Assembly: GCA_036172245.1 (NCBI GenBank)
Contig: JAYWIR010000002.1
Span: 806,001-870,000, forward strand
Reading direction: 5' to 3'
DNA from: Raillietiella orientalis
Taxonomy: Eukaryota
Length of the DNA stretch: 64,000 nucleotides
Below the pieces are notes generated by a model. It was not told where the DNA came from. It saw only the letters and a program-made list of their open reading frames with translations, and did not search any database. Of the stretch, positions 51,386 to 63,157 are shown in pieces. Every line of letters starts with the position of its first letter. The first letter of the stretch is position 1. The translations under genes were made by a program, and so were the position numbers.

Positions 51386-53869
51386 CCTCCTTGCGCACCG
51401 TCGGATTTGCCGAACGCGCTCGTTTTTCCCTGCGTCAGTCGCTCGTCGGACATCATAGGTGGACACATCTTCCGAGGACACCGATCTCGGAGTGAGAGCG
51501 TGGCCGATCTGCCTTTGTCGGCGTGTGTGAGCCGCTCCTCAGAAACGTCCACGCTTTCGGCGGTCATGTGCTGCTGCCCAGCCGTACGAAAAGCGGTAGC
51601 CCGAGATGAGACGGTAGGTCGAAATCAGAAGGATGGTTCGCGCGCTTCCTGGTAAATTCTGATGCGCCCTCGAGCGGAAAAGCATCCTCGCGCGCAAAGC
51701 TCTCCTCGAGAGATGCCATCTCCCTCGTGCGGTTTTAGTAAACTCGTTCCAGTCTGCCCAAAGCCCTATCACGTGATTGCGATCGGCATTCTCCCACAAA
51801 TCCATCCTGTGCTTCGGGATCACAGGCACCTCTACTGAGCAGCACGGAAGAAAGAGGAATTCCAAGGAAGCGGGAGAAAATTTTGGTTCATCCTTCGAAA
51901 TAGCTCCTCCTCATCCGGATTTTACCCTCCCTCCCTCATTCTGCCCCTGGGTGTTCCATTTTTCTCGTTTTTCTCTCGTGCCGCACTCGATGCTTTCCGC
52001 CACATTTGCGTAGGTCCACACATGAAGGTATTCATATACAGGGAGCGGAGCGGTCCCAGTCTCTCTGCTGTCAGGTGGATAAAACTTTGATCCGGGACAT
52101 CAACGATGGTTTCGGCAGTTGTCGAAACCATCGTTGAAAGCACCGATGACCTTCTGAGGATTAGCGCGCCGAATGCAGCTTGGATCACCGTTAAACAACG
52201 AAAGTTCGCATCCATCACAGCTCCCCTCTCGAGAAAAACTTCGAAGACAGAGGTATCTCTTTAGGACCACTCGAATTCTCTGCTCAGATGAAAGTGGATG
52301 CTCTGCGGGCGACGGAAGCGTTTGCAGCGTCTTCGTACTTCCCGCCGCAAGGCACGTTTCCGATTTCCATCTTCTCTTATCGGGAGAGGAGATGCGGACG
52401 GGTGGGCAGTTGTCTCAGCGGTTTCCGCGCGAAATGGGGGTCGAGCCTGAAATTCCTGTGGGCTCCCGAATCCGCAGTTCATTTTTCGCGGCGAGAGTGG
52501 GCTCCCTGAAAAATGAGCAAGAAATCTTACGGAAAGAATGAAGTGTTTGTCTGAAGAATGAGGTCTCCCGTCCCAACCCTTTTCGGAGCAGAAAGTTTCG
52601 TCTCCTTGAGAGAAGATCGGACGGAACTCCGTACCAAAATTCACGAGAGGGAAGGGGAGAGGGGGGGGGATCCACTTTGCTGCCTTGAAGCCAAGGCATT
52701 TCTTGAGAGACGACACAATGCTTGTCCAGCTTTATTCGAGGCTTTGTTGCCATCAGGTTTGAAGGAGTCCTAGAGGACTCACCGAAGTATCGAGACAAAA
52801 GGGGAAACAAGTGGCGTGATCTGCTGACTCTAACTGCCGAATAATGGGTTGAGGCTGAACGCACTCGAGGGCCGGAAGATGAGAATAGGTCGGGGAGAGA
52901 CGCGCAGACAAAGTCAGCATGTCAAGGGACGTGGACGGGTGCAAAAAAGTCTCCCGCAGAAGTCATCCATCAAGCGAAGATCTCGGTACTCGTGCTGGAG
53001 AAGCTGAGACTCCATCTCTGTTCTCCCTCACACTTTCCTCGCGAGGAAGTCTCAGTTTTGTTGGCTTACAGTCGTTTGCAAACACCCTCCTGTCATCGTA
53101 AGCGCGGGAATTCTTCCCGGAAGAAGACGTGTGAAAGCGGCGCTTCGAAGACCGAGTCCAACAAGAGAGATCGATCTCGAAAACCTCATGTACAAATAGG
53201 AAGTAGAATCGAAACGCGAGATGGACGGAAAATCCTCCTGGAGCTTCCCGTGGACCCAGGTAGGCCGAATACTTGTCCCATCTCCCCGAAATTGTCGGAT
53301 GCTTTTTGGAAATTTGCCGGAATCCCCGAAGACGCTGGGGAAATACTGAGATGAAACGACTGGACTGTCTGTAGCACGCAGTGATTGAATCGTCAGTGCT
53401 CTCTATTCTGAGCGAACAGAACCTTCCAAACTCTGGTGACAATGAGCTCTCTCTCTCTTATTGGATCTCTGAGACGGCTTACGTTCTCCAGAAACAAGGA
53501 TTAGGTCTCTTCAAGGAACTGAGATTGCATAAAGACATGCGAAGAGGGGAAGTTTTCCAAATTTGCAGCTCCTTCTTGTCTTGACGAGTCAGCATGTCGA
53601 GGGATATGGACGGGTGTAAAAAATCCCCTCCAGTAAACGCAGTTGGACGCTTTGAAGAAGGCGCGGTTGGGCGCTGCTGACTTCAAGAGTCGAAGGAGGG
53701 CTTTGTTGGGTGCGTTCACTGCCGCACTTCGAGCCCTCGGCTTTTCGTCTTGCACCGAGGGTTTGGCCAAGCCTTCCTGCTTGATTTTCGGCGTTTCCCG
53801 AGTCTGAATGTTGGTGGTAGTTGGTGGTCTTCTTATGGAGACGGCTCGTCTTCGTCTGGCTGTCTGTAA

Positions 53870-54370
53870 CGTGTCCTAGCCGGTGCGCCCGTAAGTTCTG
53901 CCTGTTTTGCGTGGTAGGCGACGCCATGATGTTGCTGAGCCGTTTCGCGTACAGACTAGGAATTTTCAGCTCTTAAAGGGCATCCTCGTTCTTGGGATCG
54001 CGGGCTCCCGGTGTTCCAATGACTGTGGCGCGAACTGATTTCCAGGTTTCTCAGAATGGAAGAAAAATGCTCGCAGTTGCAAGAATTTCCCTCTTTTCCT
54101 TCGAGCGTCCTCTGAAAGGCTGTCGGTCGGCTTCTTAATGGCCAGCATGAGTCCAGGACCACGAGGTGGTTCCGTTTTTTCAGAACAAAGTCAAGTCGCA
54201 ATGACGACCCCGCTTCTGGTGTCTCTTGGCTGCTGGATAGGGTCTCCCACTTGCTCTCCGTCTCCTTGACGTAGTCGATCAAGGCGCCGTGTCTCCTGGC
54301 GTACAGTTATTTGAAAGGGCCACCTGTAACGTGCGAGGCAGCAGTTCGCTGCATTGCTGGCACCGATGTC
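53870..54370 (-). mobile_element. Degenerate 3' end of an RLE-type non-LTR retrotransposon (NeSL/Utopia-like)
   Basis: Across frameshifts, in the expected order: RCQQC..SHV..LYARRHGALIDYV (CCHC/RHD-like), LRLDFVLKKRNHLVVLD..P..RPTAF (PD..D endonuclease-like), VIGTPGARDPKNEDAL*ELKI..YAKRL (like GSLGSWDPxND..LGI). Confidence 0.7.
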
Positions 54371-55406
54371 AAGAGCAATCAGCATCCGTTGTCATGGTGG
54401 GTATTTTTAAAGAATCTTCGCGGTTATGGATGAATTTTTTAAGAATTGAACTTCTTTTGTTTCTTTCTGTGAAGGCATCGCTCTGAGCCACAAAAAGGTC
54501 AAGGGTCAGCGCGGATTTGTAACTCCGCATCCATCTAATGCTCCAATCGATTGCTCACTTTACCAAGCAAATTCATTTTTCATCTGTGCACTCTAGAAAG
54601 CATTCCTTGAACACCTTCCCCGATGCAGAGAAAAGTCATGAAGGACATCTTCACGCAGTTAACGGTGGTATGGGAAACCCATAAGAAGCAGCTTTAAGTT
54701 CTAAAAACGAGGAAATGAATCGCAGAGAAAGAAAAAGGTTGTCTTGGAGATTCACTTGCCTTATAAAAACCCCAGATGGGTTCACCTTCGGCTTTGGAGA
54801 AGTGAATTTGTGTCATTTGGGACGGTCGACAAGAGCAAAGACAGCAGAAAGGCAGTGCTCTCTTGTTCCCCTAGAGACGAAGAATAGCACATTTAAGTGT
54901 AGCCACAATAATTAGATTCCGTTTAGATGTGCATTGGTGGTAATGAATTAATGAAGGTATCTCAACGAGCATGCTGGGGATGGAGAGAATTTCGTCAGGG
55001 AAAAAGCACGAAAGACTTGACAGATTGCATCCCTCCGAATGAATTGTTTTATCCGTGCAGTCAATCAGGAGCTCACAAAATAACTCAATATTTCATGAGC
55101 CCTTGGAAAAGGAGCACGTAATCGGTTGCGTCTCTGAGGGGCAGAAATCGGTCACACTTCTTCAAAAAAGCGGGAATTTCATTCAGCGTGTTCCTTATAG
55201 ATGGATCATCTCTCAAGGTTTCCCGGTGAGCGGAACATTTGTTCCGAGGAGCACCTTCATCTCCGTAAGATGATTGCAGTGCGAGCGTAAACAGGTACAG
55301 CCTCCACAGTAGGTTTCTTATGAGTTTCGAGTGATCCATCAGGGAGAAGCCTTGGGTTGGTAACAACATCGAGAAATAATGAATTGCTTGCTTGACATTT
55401 TGCACG

Positions 55407-56536
55407 GAAGATCTGGAAACCTAGGGTTCAATCGACGTCTGGAACACCTGTGGATGAGAGGAACACCCGATGTGGTTGGATGGTGATGAGATGACGGCAA
55501 CCCAAAAATACCTGGCGAAGAGAACTCTCTCTTCGGAGGTGATACGGGCAACGCCGTGTGATGAAAATAAAAGGAGAATTGGGGATTCCGCGATCTGTGA
55601 TGCCCGGACTCTTTACGGGTTCACCGTTCCCTTTCTTTTCCTGCCTCTCTTTCTTCTCCCCTTGCTCCTCCTCCTCTAAGTAAGCGTGCGCAGGTCGAGA
55701 TTAGAGCGGAGAACCTCTTACCAGAAAACAATGATATTCGTCCCAACCAGGAGACAGAGCCATTGTGTGAATTACGGGCGTCGAGGGCATTTGGACCAAC
55801 TGCTTTCCTCATCCTGCCCCTCTGATAAATTTGAATAAAGAAAGCCTTTCACAACAGCCGTGCAAAAAAAAAAAGAGAACAAATAAACATTTGCAACTTG
55901 CCCGGGTGAAAGATTTTTTTGTCGCCGGATTGGATGAATTTGAGAAATTACAGGCACTTCTTTTCTCTCTCTCTCTCTCTCTCTCTCTCCCCCCCCCCCC
56001 TTCCTTCTCCCCTTCCTTCCTGAAGGCAGGCAACTGGAAATAACTGTCGTCAGTAATCAATTAGTCCCCGATCCAGATGACGGGAAACGTGCATTTGAAA
56101 GCAGGCAAAAGGTAGGATAGAGTGCGCTGCGAATCGTGAGCGAGAGAACGGGAGGAAAGGGAATGGGAGCAATAAGTGGAGAGCGTTCGGTTCCTGAAGG
56201 ATCCCTGAAGAATTATTGGCCGGCAACGGAAATCGAATCGTCCTTTTCAGCATCGACGAAGAACCTGGAAGCAAGAAGTCGGCGTCTCCGTGCGTGGGAG
56301 ATGTGAACAGCTCGCGAAACGAAGGAACAGGGAATCCTGGGAACCGGGATACCGGCAGTGCGCGCGCTTAACCGGAAAGCTCGCGAGATTTCCATTCACC
56401 CTGAACGGCTTCAACGTCTCGAATGCACCAGAAGATCTGGAAACCCAAGTTTCGATCGATGTCTTAGACACCTGTGGTCGAGAGGAACACCTGATGTGGT
56501 TGGATGGTGATGAGAAGACGGCGACACAAAAATACC
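55407..56536 (+). repeat. Diverged direct duplication of 106 bp (55407-55512 and 56431-56536)
   Basis: Ungapped alignment GAAGATCTGGAAACC...GATGTGGTTGGATGGTGATGAGA...CAAAAATACC. Confidence 0.88.
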
Positions 56537-59519
56537 GTCCATCCGGATGGACATCTTCGGGAGGAACAGGTGCTTGTAGCTCCTCTCGGAGCGTAAGAGT
56601 TCGGATCTTCGGGTGTCGCTGCTGTGCTCCTCTTGATCAGAAGAGAGAAGCGAGGGGGTCATGGAAACGCAAGAGCTCCACTTCTTTGGAGAACGAGGGG
56701 GAAACGGGGGGGGGGGCGCTACAACGCAGAGAGCTCCAGCTGCTCGCGGACGGTTTCCCATATCGCGGAAGAACGAAATTTCAGGAATCCTCGAAACGGG
56801 AGAACAAAAACGCAACCCCGAGGGATATGCCTCCGGGCCAAGTGTCGCCGAGGACCGAAAACGAAGGGTGTGACGCTCCCATCCCCTCCGAAGCTCTGAA
56901 AAAGCGAGATGCCCGAACGGAACCGTGCGAAAGCTCCTCGTGCAGTGCGCCCGACCGCCTTCGAAAACGGTGCGCGACCCCATCCTTGTGCCCGAAGGTG
57001 CGGGTGGTGTCACGGAAAGGCACACCCTCCCATCCGGCACCGATGAAGCCAAGCCAAGGCCTCTTGGAACTTCCGGAGCACAGCAGGCCGAGCCGCAAGC
57101 ATGTCAAGATAGCGGCAAGCGCTCATCCGACAAACTGGCAGCGGTGACGACGGAAAACAACAGCGTGCCACTGCCTCCACCCACTCTTCCCGTCCGGAGG
57201 GTCGTGGATTGATAACGGCGTCGCAAGAACGCTCGCGCCTGGAGCAAAATCAGTTTCCTTCCTCCTACGAAGAAGACACAGGCGCTTGGAGATCCACCTC
57301 TTGAGTTCTTCCGCATGTCTTGCGGTTGTTTTTCACGCATGCCACTTGCGCAGGTTCACGCTACGGCGCGCGAGGGCCGAACCTGCCTCAGATGTCATCG
57401 ACTCGATTGCCTCCGCAGATCTGGAGCATCGAGCTTCTGAGCATTCCTGGTGGCCAAATGGGCGGAATAAGACGCATCTTCCGTCTGAAAAACCGTCTAA
57501 GATGAAAAGCTGAAGCAGCTCGTGCCCCCCCTGTCGACGTGTTTCGGAATTCGCATGGAACGCGGAGGCACGTTTCGTGGTGTATACGCAGCGTGTTCCC
57601 CTCTCTTCTCCACCCCCCTTCCACAAAAGAGAGACCCCTTCGTTCCTTCTTAGTCTCCCCTCCCTAACTTATGCGGTTGCCAGCTGTCTCATTTGGAAAA
57701 AGATCGGTGTCAGGTCGGGTCATCAGGAAATTCTTCGGTGCAGCCAGTGCGAGAGATGGTGCACATCACATTCCTTCGATCTCATTGCCAGCTGAGTGCT
57801 CATCCCAGGTTGCGTGATCTTCGACCTTGCCTCAGGGAGGAAAAGGACCTCTTTCTCCAAAGGAGAAGAACCCTTCCGAGGACCGGAAAGCGAGCGCTGC
57901 GGCCGCCGCGCGCTCCCGCTTTCCCAAGCCGCGGTGAGTCAGGAACGAGCCACTGCTGTCGGTGGCCGGCTCTCGTACCTTTGTTTTGCTCCAGGGCATC
58001 GATCGCATTGCATGTGCCGAGGAATCATCAACAAACGCCTCTCCGCTTCCGAGGCCGCAGAGATCACCAAGATAAGGGGGGGCAAAAAAGCAGAAAAGAA
58101 TACGCAACAAACCACCTACCCGTTCCTTCCCGAGCGGTGAGTCCTCTCAGAGTTTCCCTTAGAAACGGGCCATAAAAGGGACCAGTGAATGCTCTGCAAT
58201 CTCCCTCCCCTCTGTTATTTCCATCGTTAGGATCAGGCGCAAAGACGACTTACATAATATGACCTGTGTGAAGCACTAAACAAATGACGTTTTTATTTTA
58301 TTTCCCCCTTCGGTTCTTCTGCATTCTTTGTATTTGTCGTTTGCTTACAATCGCTCGGATACTTTTGCAACCTCTGCTCTTTATTATTCCAGCCCTTCCC
58401 TCTTTCTTCTCTTTTATTATCCTGCAATAATTGTGGTCCAATTCAGAGTTCGATAGATCATGCGGGATGTCCTCATTCAGTTGGATGGTACTTGGGCTTC
58501 AATCAGGTGCCGCTAAACACGAGAGACGAGGTGTTTATCGAAGGCGGTTTTTTCCGCTCTCTCCCAAATACGCTCCCCTCCTGCTCCATGGAAACGCTGA
58601 GCACACCATGAGGAATTCCGTGAAGTGGGAAATTTTTTTACTATTTTTCAGGACGTCACTCGGATTTCCCTCGGGGAGGAGAGCGCAGCGAACCATCCGA
58701 GCTACCTCTCGTCCCGTCTTTTAGAGCAACCGATCCCGGAGGGTGGCAGCACAGTGGGGCATGGAGGCGGCACCCAGCGCTCTGGAGAGTTTTTCGAAGC
58801 CGTCAGCACGGGGCGATCCCGAACTCGGGCCTCTTCCTCCCTCCAGAGAGGCCGGGTCTCTCAGCCGGACAAGAAGTCCAGGGAGAGGGAAGGTAGCGGC
58901 CGTGCTCCACCCCTTTCGGACGAACGCGTCAAGAATCGAGGCGAATTCGGGGACCCGAGTTTGCCCCGCCAGGAGCGCTCGGTGCGACCCGAACGAAGAC
59001 TTCTCTGCCTTCGGCGGTGAAACTTGGCAGCGCACCTGACGAGCACAACAGTGAGCCCCCTCTGTTGGATCCGAAGTTGCGTCCTATGGGGCAAGGTCTC
59101 CCCGTTGGATGCAACTCCCATTTCCCTTGACTCATTGCTTCCCGAACGAAGGCCTCTCCTCGTTCCTGCACTCGCAGCTCTTGAACACCATTATGATTGT
59201 GTGTGTGTGTGTTTTAACAAAAAAAGACCGACAACCTCACGTTACGATGGAAATCCTTCTGGGTCCTTCTGTTTTCGCTTCTTTCCTTCCAGCCTTCTTT
59301 TTTTTTTTTTCTTTCCGGGTTTTCTTTTAGTTCGGTTCTCTGAGGACCGTTCGCCGAGGAACTCACGAAGCTCTTTAAGACCGTTCCACGCCACCCGACG
59401 GCGCATGTTAGCTCTTCAAGTTAGCGAATACCCTGATAGATGAACCATGGGAGCCACTCCTTGTTTTACTCCTCTGAAGAGAAACCCGAAAGGACGCTTC
59501 CCAATTTCCATGAAAGGCG

Positions 59520-60685
59520 CCTCCTCGACGGGAGCAGCGCGCTTCTGACACTCTGGAGATGCATGATCAACCAGCACCATGCATGGTACGCGATGGAGGA
59601 GCCCCACCTCCGAGGGGGGTGAACAGCTTCATTTTCACCACCAGAGGGGAACCCCGAAGGGAACCGTCTCCTTGGTTACTGGACGTACCCTGGAGGGCCG
59701 ATTCCCAATCCTGGTCGGTCAACGAGGACATCCGGCTTCCACCAGTGCTGCACTCCCTTAGGGAACACGCGGGCAGCAGACTTACGGCTATATGGGGAGA
59801 TACTGTGCAAATCTGCAGAAGGAGAAAAGGACTGGGCGAGTGGACGATGGGCCAGCTCACTGACGCTGTGATCCCGAGTGCTTGACCTCATGGACTTTTG
59901 CTCTGGGGAGTTTGCTAGTGGGCATTCTGGAAGAAGATCTGAAGCGGTGCTCATAAACACCCGCACGCTCCCCTTAAAGTGGCAGAAGTCAGCATTGAGG
60001 CTGCTGCACTGGGGTCTCCCGTGCAACGCCCGCCGGCATCACTGTATACAGGGGGAGAGGTGGACCCAAATCGTGCTAGGTGCGGGCAGGGGGAATCCCT
60101 CCTGCACCTCCTAGTGGATTGTGTTGCCCTCCTGCCCCTTTGGGGACGTTTTTCTGCAGATCCCCGAGGGTAACCCCAGAGACCTGAAACGCCTCTTCCT
60201 GCACGACGCCCTCACGCCAGCAGCATGCCTAGCAGCACTTTGCTGCCCACGCGGCGAGACCGTGGCTGCATGGAGCAACTCCAGAGGAGGCCAGGACTAC
60301 TGGGACGCCGTCTATTTTGCTGTCCCCCCCTTCACGAGGATAGCGTCGAGATGATCCCATCCGGGAGCTTCGGAACAGGAACTTGCCGACCTCCTTACAA
60401 GGATGCAGAGGACACCCTCCAGCACACAGAGATTCCTTCCACTTTGATCTTAGCTAAAAGGCCAAGAAGCGAGGCCAGGATTCCTTCCCGAACCCCTCCA
60501 GTTTTTTGACTGCATGTGTTTTTCGTTTTATTTTTTTCCTCTTTTGTTTGTCTCCCCTTCCCCTGTGCTGCCGAGGCGAGCCCTGCTGGCCTGCGGGCCA
60601 GTTCCCGGCAGGTTTCTTCTCGTAGTTATAAGTGACGTGGCAGGATCAAACGTCCTGCCACAGACGCGTTGGTTTTATAAATAAA
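59520..60685 (+). mobile_element. 5'-truncated, frameshifted L1/Tx1-like LINE 3' end, left copy (5' boundary approximate)
   Basis: zf-RVT-like motifs LPLKWQKSALRLLHWGLPCNAR and (R)ARCGQGESLLHLLVDC...W across frameshifts, then a T-rich 3'UTR ending TTTTATAAATAAA. Confidence 0.65.
60440..60472 (-). pseudogene. 3'-truncated U2 snRNA fragment (about nt 2-34), left copy
   Basis: Minus strand reads TCGCTTCTTGGCCTTTTAGCTAAGATCAAAGTG, matching the U2 5' end with about 2 substitutions. Flanked by direct repeat GATTCCTTCC at 60431-60440 and 60479-60488. Confidence 0.85.
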
Positions 60686-60853
60686 CGCCCCAGCGTGACT
60701 GGTTGCCAATCAACCCAAAGTTTCTAAGGCTAACCAGAGTCGTCCTGCAAACCCAGGATGCACCCATTTCTCGCCGCGGATCCTTCCCCGGAGGGGATGA
60801 GAACGCGCAACGCCTGGTGCCTCCACGCTCAAGACCGCAGCCACACGACCCGC
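60686..60853 (-). mobile_element. tRNA-derived SINE-like repeat, diverged copy
   Basis: Reverse complement GCGGGTCGTGTGGCTGCGGTCT..CCAGGCGTTGCGCGTTCTCATCCC..GGAAGGA..CGAGAAATGGG..GCAGGACG aligns colinearly with 62970-63157, with many substitutions and indels. Confidence 0.55.
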
Positions 60854-62968
60854 GCTGGCGGTCGTGTGGCAGCGGTCTGAGCTCACCGCGTCAGAGCAAG
60901 CGTTCCCATCTATCCTCGAAGAAGGAATACTCGAGTCGTGCCTTCTCGCCGTTTCGGTCGGAGAAGGAACCGCTTTGAAAACCTCGGGTTCAGGAGGACC
61001 GTGAACCGCTCCGAACGTTCTTCACGGGCAGCTCAGAAGAACAGAGCTGTTCCACTTTCCTCTCTGTTGCATCCGAAGAAGCGCCCCAGGACAAACGAGC
61101 GTACATGACATAGAAAAAGGAAAATAAAGTGTCCGTCTTCCACAAATGCATGCACCGCCTACTGCTATATGTGGTGACGCCTCCAAGGATTCCAAGGTAT
61201 ACGCAAGCGAATGGACGCCTTCGAATTCCAGAATCGGGGCACTTGTTTGGGGAAACGAGGAAGGGAAAGAAAGGTAGGGGGGCGGAGAGAACGCACCATT
61301 CTTGCCGCTATATCGCAACAGCAAGAGGCGAACAGAACGAACCCTTTTCCCATCAAGGTCACGTGCTTCCGACTGACGAAAAGAAGCCGTACGGGTCGCG
61401 TGCCGCCGGTTGCGCTTGAAGGATCCAGCCAGAAGGTCGAATCCGTGCAATTTCGGGTCTTGTCTTACGACGCATCCCCTCCGACGCTTTGGTTTGCCGG
61501 AAATCTCTCCCGCCCCGCTTTGTCAGCTCTGGCGATTTCAACAAAGCAGGGCCTTCCTCGGACTCGCTTCCCTTCAGAGAGGTCGCGAGCCAGATTCAGA
61601 AAGAGATGCACTGGTGGCAGCACCCCACGGTCTCCTCGTTCCGAGCCCTCGCATCTGGCGACCATGCACTTCGGAATCCCCGAATTCCTAAGGCGCGACG
61701 GAAGACGCCACCGGAATGCGCCCGGTAGTTCCCTGAAAACGTCCCCCCCCCTCCCCCCCACCTGGTCAGACGAATCGGGGGAGACATTTATGTGCCAGTC
61801 TCATCCAGAAACCGCGTCCCGGGCCCGTGTAAATCTTGAGGTTGACGCAATACGTTCAGGGAGAGCCGACGAAGCCTGTAAAAGTCCAAGATCGCGAGGC
61901 GCTCCAGCCGGTTATCGCGATGAACCACCCCCGCACAGTGCCAGGGGCTTTTCCTGATACCCCCGGGCGCGCGCACGAACGGCATTCCGCCGCAGAAGTG
62001 GCGGGGGATGGAGCGAGGAACCTCAGCAGAGGATCCCTCACTGTCCACCGCCGATGATCGTCATCGCACCGTCTTGACGGGACGGCAGTTAAATTTTTAA
62101 TGGTCGTCGAAAAACAGCGCGAGGCAGAGAATTCTTTTCCGACGGACTACCTACGAAGATCTCTTCCTTGGACGGAGCGTTGGGGTCTTTAGAGAGTGAT
62201 GGAACAAATGCGACTTTTGCACCATAAAGGGAAGCGGACTTTCAATAAAGAGATGAAAACCTCTTGCAGAAGGAAAAAAAAAAAGGGGGGGGAAGAAAAA
62301 AATTCGAATCTTTTGTAAGATAAAAATAAAATCGGGAATCTTAGACCCGACCTATCTGTTGAAAAAGAGGATCGGACTGATGCCCTTTTCCGAGACGCCC
62401 GAGCATGTTTACCTCCAGCATGGTGCGACGATCAGTAGTGTACGCGTAAAATATGTACTGATCCCTTTGAAGAGGTTCTTCATCTCGAGAATCAGTTGAA
62501 CTGGAATCCGACGCCGGATGACGGAAAGAATGGACTTAAAATAAAAAAAGAGCCTTTGAAAAGCTGCTGTGCTGCTGCATGTGTGTGTGTGTGTGTGTTT
62601 TTAAAAAGTGCATAAATTTTCATCACGTGTTGGCATGTGCTCCGAGCACTCTCCCCCGTTTGAGACGGAATGCGTGCATCCGATGCTGGTGATTTCCAGC
62701 GATGAAATTCGTCGCCAAGGATGCATCTGAAAAAGCAATCCATTCCAGAATGAGATCAAGAGATGTTTGACGATGGCAACAGAGAGAGAGAGAGAAGGAG
62801 AGAGATCTCTTGGAACTCTGAATGATGCGCGGGATAAATTAATGGCATCTCATCGTGCGACAAGCGACAATAAACATTGCTTGCGTCTGAAGCTTCTAGC
62901 CGTCGTTTATTGTTATGTCTTATTTGCTGCGAGGTTAACGGGACAGAATGGCGTTCAAGGTCCGCGAT

Positions 62969-63157
62969 GGCGGCCGTGTGGCCGAGGTCTCCGAGCGCGG
63001 TACCAGGTGTTGCGGGTTCCAATCCCACTCGAGGAAGGACCCACTACGAGAAATGGGCGCGTCGTGGGTTTCGAGTTCTCTTCCAGGCAGGACGGCGCTG
63101 GCTGGCCTAGAGGCTTCGAGGGCAGCACTGCTTGGCACGCCTGGTCACGCCGGGGCG
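62969..63157 (+). mobile_element. tRNA-derived SINE-like repeat
   Basis: A-box-like TGGCCGAG (62979) and B-box-like GGTTCCAATCC (63015), no complete cloverleaf. A homologous diverged copy lies at 60686-60853. Confidence 0.6.

Noticed and set aside
62969-63035. Functional tRNA gene
   Set aside because: A/B-box-like motifs are present but there is no convincing anticodon arm or acceptor stem, and homology to a second copy extends beyond tRNA length.
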